A stretch of 64,000 bases of DNA from Candidatus Kryptoniota bacterium (GTDB taxonomy: Bacteria > Bacteroidota > Ignavibacteria > Kryptoniales > JAKASW01), in the NCBI GenBank assembly GCA_046705025.1, contig JBJKQU010000043.1:22611-86610 (forward strand), in the 5' to 3' direction. Positions 9,310 through 18,957 of the stretch are shown piece by piece (the stretch's first letter is position 1; each line of letters opens with the position of its first letter). Below the pieces are notes generated by a model. It saw only the letters and a program-made list of their open reading frames with translations, was not told the origin of the DNA and did no database searches. Both the position numbers and the translations under genes were made by a program.

Positions 9310-12300
9310 TCACTTCACATCAAGTCTGTAAACCGGTTCGAATACTATTCTTGGACAGGACAATAAGCCAGACGGACTCTTTACGCCCTCCAGGATATTG
9401 ATGAGTGTGTTTGTTACTCTCAGCTCTATGGTATTCCTGCCAGGCCTAACAAGGGAAGAAATCTCGAGCCTGTATGGATGCCACGGAATTGTGACAGGGC
9501 TAATGTCGTTTATGATGACTTCGAGCACGTCCTCCCCGCAATCTGCCTCCAGGAACAGTCGTCCCGCAAGATACTTTCCCGGTATCGTGACTTCGGTCTT
9601 GTAAATTCCGGTGCCTGAGAAAAATGGGAGTCCTTGCAGGGTCCAGTTCTTGTAAAAGATCGAGGTGGGAGGATTTGAGAGGTGAAATTGCCCCTCGCGC
9701 TCGGTAACACCGAATCTGCCGGCGATCTTGAGAAGATCCAGTATGCCGTCAGTCCTTTTCCGGACTATGAGATTCACGGCGACACTATTTTTGCCGGTCT
9801 GCAGGTAGCGCTGTATGTCCACTTCCTTGATCTCCGCATCCAGCCAGCTGCGCTTCCCGCTCTGCTTGACTTCACTTCCGTTGACGTACAGCTTGAATGA
9901 GCTCCCGCTGAATCCGTCAATCAGCAGCCTCGTGTTTTGGGGCATGTCGTCGGCCGCAAAAGACGTTCTGTACCACAGGCTGACAGGGTAAGTCTCCTTG
10001 TCTCGCTCCTGTGGCAGCTGCATTTCCCATGCACCGTTCGTGACTGATAGCCACCCGGTATCGTCAAAATTAGGCTGAGCGAAAGTCTCCGCCCCTCCAT
10101 CTGTCGTGTTCAGAGACATCCTCCAATGTCCGATCACCAACACGTTGTCCTGCTCGGTTGTGAAAGCAGCGCCCTTCCCCATGGAGATCGGTTTCAACTG
10201 CTTGATCGGCGGCAACCTCTTTTTGACGACCGATTTGCCGTTTGTATATTCAACCGAAACCGGGGCCTTCGAAGCCGAGGAGCCGACGATACCCGAACCA
10301 TCGAATGCGGTAATATCCAGGTCCGTTTTGACAAGGTGGCGTTTGTTGATCTCCCCCTTGAGGACAATCACCTTCGACTCGGAAGAAGCAAAGCTGAGTG
10401 TCACATACATTCGCTCGTTCTTCACATCGAAGACGGTCAGCGGGATCGTTTCACCGGTAGCGGCGTCCCACAATTCCGGTTGCGCCACCGTCTCGAACGA
10501 GATTTCGACTTTACTTCTCGCCGTCTTGCTTGTATTCACAAGGAAATAGACATTGTGCCCGTCTTTTCTTCTGTGAAGGTAGAATACGTTTTCATCCGAT
10601 ATAGTCACGTCTGGAGTGATGCATTTCGAGATGGCTTTCTTCAACCCATCGCGAGAGTCGTAACTATGAAGGCCGGCTCCTTTGAAGAGGAAGGCCTTGC
10701 CGCGCGAATTCTTGTAAACCGTTCCCTTCCCGGAATTCCCGTGCTTTCCAAAGTCGGCAAGGAGCTTCACAGGGTCAGCGGCAAAGAGCTTACCCACCTG
10801 CTTCGCGTCGCCGTCCGCCGGGCTGTCCACAAATTCTGCCGGAAGAATGGTATCGGCGATAATATTTCCGCCCGACTTGAGAAAGCTGTCAAGAACTCCA
10901 TACGTAGACCTGCGGATGTGCGTGATAGGAGGCAAAATCAGCAGCGAGTATTCTTCATCGGCAATCCTTATCTTCCCCTTCTCAATCCTTGCCTGCGACA
11001 GCCTTTCCTCGTCAATGAAGTCGAAATCATAATGAAGCCTCAGCAGGGTGTCTGTTAGATAGTCGAAGTCCGACTCGATGACGTTCCCGACGGCTGTCCT
11101 TTCCTGCGGGACGTAGTTCGTCCATATACTCGTAAGAGGGTACAAAATGAGGATTTTGGCGACATGTGTTCCGCCGGTCAACAGATGGCTTAATCTGGCG
11201 GAATAGTCCGTAAAGCGGTCGTAATATTTCCACCATGTATGATGATAAAACTGCGAGGGCGGCCAGTCGCGCTTCCGCTCGCCTTCGATGGAGTAGTGAT
11301 ATCCGTGGTTATTGAAGAGATTCACCCCAAGGACATATTCCCAGTTCAAAATCCATTTCATCCTTTCCAGCGAGCAGTCCCAGTACGTGCCGCCCATCGA
11401 TTCGCAAAGGAGCCTCTTGCTGCCGAATAGGTGAGCCGCAGAGCTTGCCAGCTTAAGCGCTACGTGCTGGTCCGGCTCCTTCTCGGTGCCGATCTTCGGG
11501 TAGAGGTGATCGACTCCGACAATGTGCATGTGCTTCAAATGCTCGAACAGGTTTCCTTCACATCTGGCGTGCAATCTGATCCATTCTTCGAAGAGTAGGT
11601 GACCGGTAAAGATCACGCCGTTGTCGTCGCACCATTTTCTTATCTTGCCGTAATAGCTTTCGGAGTACTGCTCCGTAAGGGTCGTCCAGAAATCATACCT
11701 GATCTTCGCAGTCTTCCCGCCCATGCTGGCAAACAACGCCGGAAGATACGGGCGCAAGTCATAACCTCGCCTTTCTCTGAACACTTTGAACATCTTGCCC
11801 GTCCAGGGTATGACGTAATTGTCAAGCCCCACGTGGTAATAGTGCATGGCGGGTTCATCCGTATAAAAGCCGGGGACGGTTTTCCCAAACTCCTGGCCCA
11901 CCGCTGATTTGTACTTCTCATGCGTGAGCTCGATGAATTTCTCCGTGGACTCGGGGTCCAAAGCATCGATGTAGTAAGGCACCTCCTTTTGCAGGAAGTA
12001 GAGCAAACGCCACTTTCCGGGAGGGGCCTCCCACGGAATGATCTTTTCGAACGAAAGGTTCTGTGTCAGATCTATAGGGTTCAGTATCCCATTCTGAAAC
12101 TCCTCCTCGGTGCATCCGAATGCCGCGATGGGGTATGAATCTCCGGTGTTGACGTACCTGTTGTCGGTAGCCTCGAGGAAATTGAAAAGCGGGCCGTCCA
12201 CTCGAAGCGCCACAAGCTCGAGATACTTCTGTCTCAGGTGCGGGAATTTCGTGGGGACCTGTCGCTCTGCCGTGCCGCTCGGCCAGTTCATCTCGTCGTA

Positions 12301-12579
12301 CACCCAGGCGTCAATCCCGATTTCTTTTGCCTTGCTGACGGCGAATTTGACCTTCTTAAACCACGCCTCGGAAAGATAAGGGACCTTCAACCCGAATCTC
12401 CCGTGGATAAAAATCCCGGGAACCCCTTTGCTATGATACTCTCTCAGCTGCCACTCCATCTCTTCCTCGTCCATCTCCCCGTTCCAGAACCAGAATGGCA
12501 GAATACCGAGTTCGCGCGGCGGCTTTTTGAATGTCTCTCTTCCTAACTCTGCACCTTCAAGCAGTTTGTTTATATCCAT
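9310..12579 (-). CDS. Large cytoplasmic glycoside hydrolase, tentatively GH106-like (alpha-L-rhamnosidase-type) with C-terminal galactose-binding-like domains
   Basis: 1089 aa with no signal peptide. The N-terminal motif LGILPFWFWNGEMDEEEMEWQLREYHSKGVPGIFIH is typical of the GH106-type family as I recall it. The beta-rich C-terminal third resembles sugar-binding jelly rolls. Family call is from memory only. Confidence 0.6.
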   Translation of the reverse strand: MDINKLLEGAELGRETFKKPPRELGILPFWFWNGEMDEEEMEWQLREYHSKGVPGIFIHGRFGLKVPYLSEAWFKKVKFAVSKAKEIGIDAWVYDEMNWPSGTAERQVPTKFPHLRQKYLELVALRVDGPLFNFLEATDNRYVNTGDSYPIAAFGCTEEEFQNGILNPIDLTQNLSFEKIIPWEAPPGKWRLLYFLQKEVPYYIDALDPESTEKFIELTHEKYKSAVGQEFGKTVPGFYTDEPAMHYYHVGLDNYVIPWTGKMFKVFRERRGYDLRPYLPALFASMGGKTAKIRYDFWTTLTEQYSESYYGKIRKWCDDNGVIFTGHLLFEEWIRLHARCEGNLFEHLKHMHIVGVDHLYPKIGTEKEPDQHVALKLASSAAHLFGSKRLLCESMGGTYWDCSLERMKWILNWEYVLGVNLFNNHGYHYSIEGERKRDWPPSQFYHHTWWKYYDRFTDYSARLSHLLTGGTHVAKILILYPLTSIWTNYVPQERTAVGNVIESDFDYLTDTLLRLHYDFDFIDEERLSQARIEKGKIRIADEEYSLLILPPITHIRRSTYGVLDSFLKSGGNIIADTILPAEFVDSPADGDAKQVGKLFAADPVKLLADFGKHGNSGKGTVYKNSRGKAFLFKGAGLHSYDSRDGLKKAISKCITPDVTISDENVFYLHRRKDGHNVYFLVNTSKTARSKVEISFETVAQPELWDAATGETIPLTVFDVKNERMYVTLSFASSESKVIVLKGEINKRHLVKTDLDITAFDGSGIVGSSASKAPVSVEYTNGKSVVKKRLPPIKQLKPISMGKGAAFTTEQDNVLVIGHWRMSLNTTDGGAETFAQPNFDDTGWLSVTNGAWEMQLPQERDKETYPVSLWYRTSFAADDMPQNTRLLIDGFSGSSFKLYVNGSEVKQSGKRSWLDAEIKEVDIQRYLQTGKNSVAVNLIVRKRTDGILDLLKIAGRFGVTEREGQFHLSNPPTSIFYKNWTLQGLPFFSGTGIYKTEVTIPGKYLAGRLFLEADCGEDVLEVIINDISPVTIPWHPYRLEISSLVRPGRNTIELRVTNTLINILEGVKSPSGLLSCPRIVFEPVYRLDVK

Positions 12580-12650
12580 TAAATTTCCTCCTAATAAGGA
12601 CTCTGAAGTTCTATCTTCCGTACAAATTTATCTTCCCGGAACCCCTTTCG

Positions 12651-13640
12651 TCAAAAGTTCACCATTACCGTTATCCGATTCGGCGACTCCAGATAAGTAT
12701 ATTGTGTATATGCATAATCCAGTTCGAGATGCAGTCCCGATACTCTTGTCTTTAGGCCGAGACCGAGGGACAGATTTCCCTCGGTATAGTTGAATCGGTA
12801 TCCTGCCCTAAGAGAGAGAAAATTGTCGAAGACATATTCTCCACCCAAGTCGAGCCTTTCCGTGTAGTCGTTTGTATGCAGCGCTTCCGCACTTATTGTT
12901 ACTCTGTTGACCTTACCGAAATTCAGGAAGGCATTATTGCTTCCCACGAGACCGAACGATGCCCCGATGCGGAAGACCAGCGGAATCTCATATCCCGCCG
13001 GATTGTTGCTGTTTGACATAAACTTTACGGTGCCGGCAAAATTCTGGGCACTCATTGCTACGTGAATCCCTTTGTAGCCGACATTGTAAAGGGTACCGAC
13101 GTCAAAAGCCAGCGTGCTTGTGCCGTAAGTGAAAAGTGTCTCCTTCAGGTACTTTGCGCCGACCCCGATAGACAACTGATCGGTGAAGTCGTGTGAGTAA
13201 GCCAGGCCAAGCTGTACATCCCCGCCTGTAAATGTGTTGCCGGTTCGAGTATCGTTTGAACCACCGGGGATCGTAGTAAGTGCCTCGGGGATGTTTCCGT
13301 ATCCAAGTGACGCATAATCTATCGCAAATACGCCGATCTCGTCGACCCTGAAGCCGGCAGCACCGGCAAAGTAGTTCATCCCGGCAAACCAGGACGCAAA
13401 ATCGAACGAAGCCTGCGCTCCGGAAACCCCAGTCAGACCTGCCGGATCCCAGAAAACGGAATTGATATCGTGGACAGAGGCTATACTTGCTTCACCGATT
13501 GCAGCCTGTCTGGCTCCGATTCCGATCTTAACGAACTGGAACGCCGTTCTGCCGCCTCTGTTGAAACTCTGGGCGTGGGCCGATGCACAAGCAAAAACGA
13601 CGGCGGAAGTTAAAATGGCGAAAACAAAATTCTTGTTCAT
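12651..13640 (-). CDS. PorV/PorQ-like outer-membrane beta-barrel protein
   Basis: Start taken at the internal ATG 13640, giving the signal peptide MNKNFVFAILTSAVVFACASAHAQ. The N-terminal signature TAFQFVKIGIGARQAAIGEASIA...VFWDPAGL matches the PorV/PorQ family pattern. The rest shows alternating beta-strand composition. Confidence 0.55.
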   Translation of the reverse strand: MNKNFVFAILTSAVVFACASAHAQSFNRGGRTAFQFVKIGIGARQAAIGEASIASVHDINSVFWDPAGLTGVSGAQASFDFASWFAGMNYFAGAAGFRVDEIGVFAIDYASLGYGNIPEALTTIPGGSNDTRTGNTFTGGDVQLGLAYSHDFTDQLSIGVGAKYLKETLFTYGTSTLAFDVGTLYNVGYKGIHVAMSAQNFAGTVKFMSNSNNPAGYEIPLVFRIGASFGLVGSNNAFLNFGKVNRVTISAEALHTNDYTERLDLGGEYVFDNFLSLRAGYRFNYTEGNLSLGLGLKTRVSGLHLELDYAYTQYTYLESPNRITVMVNF

Positions 13641-13732
13641 AATCCACCTTGCACTTCTGATTCTCCCTACTGTCATAGGCTAGTTAAGTGTCTTCGCCCT
13701 CAACGGGCAGCACACAATATTGGTCGTCTCAT

Positions 13733-15982
13733 TCATCGAATTATCATCAATTTTCCGGTGAAGGATTTGTTCAACCCCGGTGTCGTCGATTGGACGTTGT
13801 AAATGTACAGACCCGGTGCCACCAACAGCCCTGAATCGCTCTTCTGATCCCAGTCCTCGGTTCCGTATTCATTGCCCTGGGCATCCGGGCCATGAACGAG
13901 CGTACGGATCAGGTCTCCCATCACAGTGTATATCCTGATAACACAATTTGCAGGGAGATTTCTGAACTGGACCTGAAACGGACTATTTATGCCGAAGCTT
14001 CTGGTTGCACTGCCATATACATATGGATTGGGGACGACATAAATATCAAAGGAAGTCACGGGCCCGGCAGCCGGAGAAGCTGGAGCGACGTAATTGTAGT
14101 CGCCGTTCTGCAGTTCAGGCAGACTGTCGACAACCGTACCGTTGGCAGAGGTCCAGGGCGACGGATGATTCCAATAAGCAGCAACGTAATAGCCGTACTT
14201 CGCGCCGAACTGCACGGTCGTGTCGCGGTATTCATACAAGCTGAGCGAGGGATTCCAGTATTGGCTGAACTGAGACTTGGGGATATCGGCTATCAAGTTC
14301 CAGGCGGCCCCGCGGAAAGTCGAAGGCTGCGTGTCGCTGACATACTGGAAGTCGGTCGACCTGTAGACTTTGTACCCGTCCACATCATCCGCTCCGTTGA
14401 ACCACGCATGTCCGGCACCGTCCTTTATGGACGTGTTCTCTGCAAGCTTGTCCCATGTAACCGCTATTGCTGCTCTCTGAGTGCCGACAGAAGCGTTCAC
14501 AGCGTTGACATGTGGGCCCGGTGGCGGAGACGGTACATTGGCTGCGAGGGGTATCCCGTCCACTGTCGCGCCCAATCCCCATGAGATGGCTTTTCTGGCA
14601 TTTGCCGCGTTCCGTTCGCTCGCGGCTATCGTGCTGTCGGGGAACCAGTGATTCGGGTCCCCGACAATGACCTCATGATAATCCATCACACCTGCTATCT
14701 CTGCCCAGATTATACGGACGGAGTCTCCGGGCGCAAGTGTATAGGGGCCATAGCTCATTACATAGAAATTCAACCTGTTGCCTTTGTTCCCAAGCGCGGC
14801 TTGAGTGTCTGGTGTGGTTGCGTATTGATAGAACGTCTGTTTGCTCACTCCGCTGGATAGCCGGAAAAATTCCAGGTCTAAGTCCTTCCCCTGGAAAGTG
14901 CCTCCCTTGTGCGAGTCTATTCTCCAGAAATCCGGGGTCATGACTTTCCTGGGCGTACCTCCTGTCGGACTGGCATACAGGCATTGCCACCCGAAAGCGG
15001 CCGGACTCTCGAGTTCATTTCCGAACTTCTGTTGCCAGGCATCATTCGGCTTGAGCGGAAATGGATCCCACCAGTAAAGCGGGGCCGCCCCGCCATTGTA
15101 GTTAGTAGAGAAGAAGAGAGTATTGTCGTCGGTGTGATGATAGTAATCGTGATAAGAGCCGGGCTGCCAGCCGAACCCTCCCGCCTGAATTGCCGTGAGC
15201 TCGGAATGGAAGTTTATCTGACTCTTGGTAGATACCGATATACCCGAACTGAGTGTGAAAACCACACCCTTAAGCGTCTGCGGCAGGAAATTCGGCACCA
15301 CTTCCTGTGTAGCGTTAGAAACAATTTGTCCGGTGTTCTTGAACGTGCAGTCGTAGATGATGAAGTCTCTATACCCCGGGAAACTCCAGTCGTAGGTTCT
15401 TCTGGTTATAGTTATCCCGACGTCTGTGTTCCAGGTGGCAGTGCTCATCTCTTCAGGCAAATCGGGGTTGTAATTTGCAGTATCTACGGCGTTTTCCGTC
15501 AGGACTATGGGAGGCCTGACCGATGCAACGCCGTAAGTGTTATCCTGAAGTCCGGACAAATAGTCCTCGTATGCGACGTGAGTCGGGGTATAAGAGGGCG
15601 GCAGGCCCGGTTCTTCCATCCCCGGCACGCAGATCCAAAGTCCGCTCCTGAAGTTGTGGAAGTTACAGTTTTCGTAAGTGTCGACGGCGTCTTCTTCGTT
15701 TCCAACAGGCTGGTTATATCCTGGAAATCCGGGGAACATCCCCAGCGGTGCCGGTGTAAGAAAGTCCCATGCGCCAAGGTTCCCTATCCAGCCGTCATTA
15801 AACACGTCTTCCCATAATTGTCCTCTCTCAAGCCAGACTTCTTGCGTTAACTGGCCGTACGCCAAGTTCGACAGGCCCAATACAACCGCCAAGATCAGGA
15901 AGTATACAAAGCGTGATGGAGGTGCCGCCAAACGCGTTCTTGCGCTCGATTCTTTCCCTCTGTTGATACGTCTTACCTTCAT
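13733..15982 (-). CDS. Secreted 749-aa beta-rich protein with a C-terminal T9SS/FlgD-Ig-like sorting domain
   Basis: Signal peptide (FVYFLILAVVLGLSNLAYGQ). C-terminal about 95 aa: YVVPNPYVYG...FRNLPANCVIRIYTVMGDLIRTLV...WDQKSDSGLLVAPGLYIYNV...GKLMIIR. No recognisable catalytic motif. Confidence 0.6.
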   Translation of the reverse strand: MKVRRINRGKESSARTRLAAPPSRFVYFLILAVVLGLSNLAYGQLTQEVWLERGQLWEDVFNDGWIGNLGAWDFLTPAPLGMFPGFPGYNQPVGNEEDAVDTYENCNFHNFRSGLWICVPGMEEPGLPPSYTPTHVAYEDYLSGLQDNTYGVASVRPPIVLTENAVDTANYNPDLPEEMSTATWNTDVGITITRRTYDWSFPGYRDFIIYDCTFKNTGQIVSNATQEVVPNFLPQTLKGVVFTLSSGISVSTKSQINFHSELTAIQAGGFGWQPGSYHDYYHHTDDNTLFFSTNYNGGAAPLYWWDPFPLKPNDAWQQKFGNELESPAAFGWQCLYASPTGGTPRKVMTPDFWRIDSHKGGTFQGKDLDLEFFRLSSGVSKQTFYQYATTPDTQAALGNKGNRLNFYVMSYGPYTLAPGDSVRIIWAEIAGVMDYHEVIVGDPNHWFPDSTIAASERNAANARKAISWGLGATVDGIPLAANVPSPPPGPHVNAVNASVGTQRAAIAVTWDKLAENTSIKDGAGHAWFNGADDVDGYKVYRSTDFQYVSDTQPSTFRGAAWNLIADIPKSQFSQYWNPSLSLYEYRDTTVQFGAKYGYYVAAYWNHPSPWTSANGTVVDSLPELQNGDYNYVAPASPAAGPVTSFDIYVVPNPYVYGSATRSFGINSPFQVQFRNLPANCVIRIYTVMGDLIRTLVHGPDAQGNEYGTEDWDQKSDSGLLVAPGLYIYNVQSTTPGLNKSFTGKLMIIR

Positions 15983-16003
15983 ATCGCAACCTCTATCTTT
16001 TAC

Positions 16004-18826
16004 CTAAAGTTGAATGAACGCCCCGAGCACTATGGAGCGGGGTAAATTTTCATACATTGCCAGGGGTGATATAGGTGAACCATTGGCATTCATTGTCGGT
16101 ATGTACTTAAAGCCGCTTTCCGCGAACTTAGCCTGTTCGGCAAGAGGTGCCTGCTCGAAAGTGGAAAGATCGAGCCACTTGTCATTGAACACGTTGTCAA
16201 CTTCCAGGTAGACTCCCACCTTATCGCTGTTGCTGAACAGTGTGAAATCTTTTTCGATACGCATGTCACCGTTCTTGTACGCGGGTCTGACGTACTTGTG
16301 GCCGTTGTATACAAAGTAATCCTGAAGCAATTCCGGGTTGGCGAAAATAGCCTTCCATTGAAATGACAGGCTGAGATCGCTCAGCAATCCGTCGAAGATA
16401 TGTAGACCTTTCGGCGTCTTGTAGTAGAGTCCGAATTTGAGGATCGGATCGCTATACTCGATGAAATCTCCGCTCGGCGAGTATTTGTCACCGGTCGGAC
16501 TTATGACGCTTGGCGCTCCACTGAGTCCATTGATTGCCAAGTCGGTTGTATAATTCACGTAGCCCCAGGTTGTTCCCCAGGATTCATCGGAATAGAGTTT
16601 ATTCAGCGATATCTCAACTCCACGTACATCCGCGTAGTCTCCATTGCCGTTGGTGGCGTAGACTCCCAACGGGGTGGAGACGGTTACTATCCTGATCGTG
16701 TTGGAAATATCTTTGTAGTAACCGGTTACGTCCAGGTCGATCAAATTCGCAAAGTTGCGCTCAATGCCGACTTCGATATCGATCGTTTTCGATGGCTTCA
16801 ACAGCCTGTTGCCGAGAACCCACGGGTAGGTCGTTCCGTTGATAATGAACGTCGTCAGGCTTCCCTGCTGCTCAGACGGGCTGCTCCCTTCCCCGTAGTC
16901 TCCAAAGGGCCCGCGCTCAAAGAACCAACCATATGAGAAGTGCAGCACTGTCCACTCATCTATGGGATGGGAAATTCCGAGCCGGGGGCTCAACTGCGAG
17001 AACAGGGGTGCTTTGCTGGTCGGTCCCACCAGAGGATCGAAGAGGCTGTCGTAGACCGGGGTGTTCGGATCGTAGAAATCCCACCTCAATCCTGCGTTCA
17101 TAATCATGCCTCCGAGTTCTAGTTTAGTCTCCAGGTAAGCGGCACCTTGAAAGGGGTTGTATATGTGTTGGTCCGTTCTATCCGGCAATTTGGAAATATC
17201 ATCGTGATTCAGGTTGTAATAGTCGAAATGAATCCCCGTTTTGAAATTCCACTTGGTGTTGATTTGGCTGGCGAAATAGGCATTCAGCGTCCAGTTGGTA
17301 TTGCTGTCGTTGTAACGGTAGTAATAGCCGGTGGTGTGGTATCCAATGTTGTCCTCATAGGCACCGATAATGGGGTTGCCGAGGGAATCAACCGCTCTCA
17401 GATTGTCGGTAGTGGGACCCGTTGCCGCGAACCCGATCGGGTCTCCCGGGAACGTGTTCACCTCCCTGACAGCATGCACCTTGGAAATCTGCACCTCATA
17501 CATCGTGGACGAGTTGAGGACTTGAGAGAACTTCAGCTGTTCATAATCATCCAGATTTTTAGGCAACCCTGGAAAATCGTAGTAAGCATATCTCGAATTG
17601 ACCCCGTAATTCAGGGCATAGAAATTGTCGGTTATTCCTCCGAATCCCCATCCGGTCAGATTGGTGGCATACATGCCGGAAAACAGAAGCTTCATATTGT
17701 GACCGAATTCATAAGATACATTGCCGGTGAAGTTTGTAATAATGCCAACCTTCCTGAATGCGTTGCCGTAGGTCGGGGCTTCTGAGAGGTACTTCCCCGT
17801 CAGAAAGAAATGCATTCCTTTAACGAGCGGAACAGGTCCGCCAAAGCTGCTCTCGATCTGGTAAGTGGGTGTCTGTGTATAGTTCGTAAGAGGTTGGTGA
17901 GTCTGCAGGTAGTTCTGATAAGCCTGCTCCGGCGTCCAGATGCAAAGCGGACTCGTACCGGGGTTTCCGTTAGGGTCCACCCATTGATCCGGATACTGTA
18001 CCCACCACTGGAGATGGCGTGCATGAGTGTTATCCCAGTATAAAGGACTGCTGAGATCGTATAATGACGGCCCCCAGTTAGGGTTATGCGGCGGAGTGAG
18101 TCGGGCCTCTGTATAGAACGTATACTTACTCCCGCCTTCCCTGGTAATGATATTGACGATGCCGGACTCAGCCTGCCCATATTCTGCGTTGAACGGCCCC
18201 GTAATAACCTGGACTTCCTTTATTGAACTTAGGTTTATGTCGGTATAGGGGTTTTGGTTGAGCGGATTTCTGAGCCTCGCTCCGTCTACCATGAAAGAAA
18301 CCTCGGAAATCGGCCTGCCCCTCATCGTCATCACTCCGTTCATCTCGTCAATGCTTGGCAGCGAAGATAGCACCTGATTGAAGGTTGACACCGGTCTTGT
18401 TTGGATCTCTTTTGCGGGGACTGTCAGCTGTGTGGCGGTGATGTCCTTCTGTACGGGCGGTCTGGTAGCTTCAACGACAACCTCATGGACATTCACGTTG
18501 CTCGCTTGCAGACTGAAATTGACGTTCGTCGTCAAATCCGGAAGTACTCTGGCGTTCTTAACAAGCTCAGGTGTGTAACCGACCAGACTTGCTCTGAGAG
18601 AATACGTACCCGTAGGTATATTGGCGATAAAATAATTTCCATTAAGATCGGTGGATGCGCCGATAGTTGTTCCGACCAGGAGAACGTTTACACCAACCAG
18701 CGGCTCTTTCGTCTTCGCGTCAATGACCTTGCCCGAAATCTTCCCTGTACTTCCGGCGAGCGCCTGGCCGAAGGACAGCAGCAGTACCACGATGGAAATG
18801 AGAAGCGGGAAGCCTGCAAGGCTCAT
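16004..18826 (-). CDS. TonB-dependent receptor with N-terminal carboxypeptidase-regulatory-like domain (SusC-like layout)
   Basis: CarboxypepD_reg motif GKISGKVIDAKTKEPLVGVNVLLVGTTIGASTDLNGNYFIANIPTGTYSLRASLVGY, then a plug domain (MRGRPISEVSFMVDGARLRNP...FNAEYGQAESGIVNIITR) and a long barrel. Start set at ATG 18826, which is followed by a signal peptide. The ORF-track start at 18961 would add 45 aa and overlap the ADH stop as ATGA. Confidence 0.8.
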   Translation of the reverse strand: MSLAGFPLLISIVVLLLSFGQALAGSTGKISGKVIDAKTKEPLVGVNVLLVGTTIGASTDLNGNYFIANIPTGTYSLRASLVGYTPELVKNARVLPDLTTNVNFSLQASNVNVHEVVVEATRPPVQKDITATQLTVPAKEIQTRPVSTFNQVLSSLPSIDEMNGVMTMRGRPISEVSFMVDGARLRNPLNQNPYTDINLSSIKEVQVITGPFNAEYGQAESGIVNIITREGGSKYTFYTEARLTPPHNPNWGPSLYDLSSPLYWDNTHARHLQWWVQYPDQWVDPNGNPGTSPLCIWTPEQAYQNYLQTHQPLTNYTQTPTYQIESSFGGPVPLVKGMHFFLTGKYLSEAPTYGNAFRKVGIITNFTGNVSYEFGHNMKLLFSGMYATNLTGWGFGGITDNFYALNYGVNSRYAYYDFPGLPKNLDDYEQLKFSQVLNSSTMYEVQISKVHAVREVNTFPGDPIGFAATGPTTDNLRAVDSLGNPIIGAYEDNIGYHTTGYYYRYNDSNTNWTLNAYFASQINTKWNFKTGIHFDYYNLNHDDISKLPDRTDQHIYNPFQGAAYLETKLELGGMIMNAGLRWDFYDPNTPVYDSLFDPLVGPTSKAPLFSQLSPRLGISHPIDEWTVLHFSYGWFFERGPFGDYGEGSSPSEQQGSLTTFIINGTTYPWVLGNRLLKPSKTIDIEVGIERNFANLIDLDVTGYYKDISNTIRIVTVSTPLGVYATNGNGDYADVRGVEISLNKLYSDESWGTTWGYVNYTTDLAINGLSGAPSVISPTGDKYSPSGDFIEYSDPILKFGLYYKTPKGLHIFDGLLSDLSLSFQWKAIFANPELLQDYFVYNGHKYVRPAYKNGDMRIEKDFTLFSNSDKVGVYLEVDNVFNDKWLDLSTFEQAPLAEQAKFAESGFKYIPTMNANGSPISPLAMYENLPRSIVLGAFIQL

Positions 18827-18957
18827 ATGAAAAATACGTTGGCGACCCGAGCCGGAAAATGGGTCAGAACCCTTATGTGCAAACATAGAATTACCTCCTT
18901 TGAACACCGCACCGCAAACGGCTTCGTCGGAAAAACTGATTTCGGTACAAACAGTTT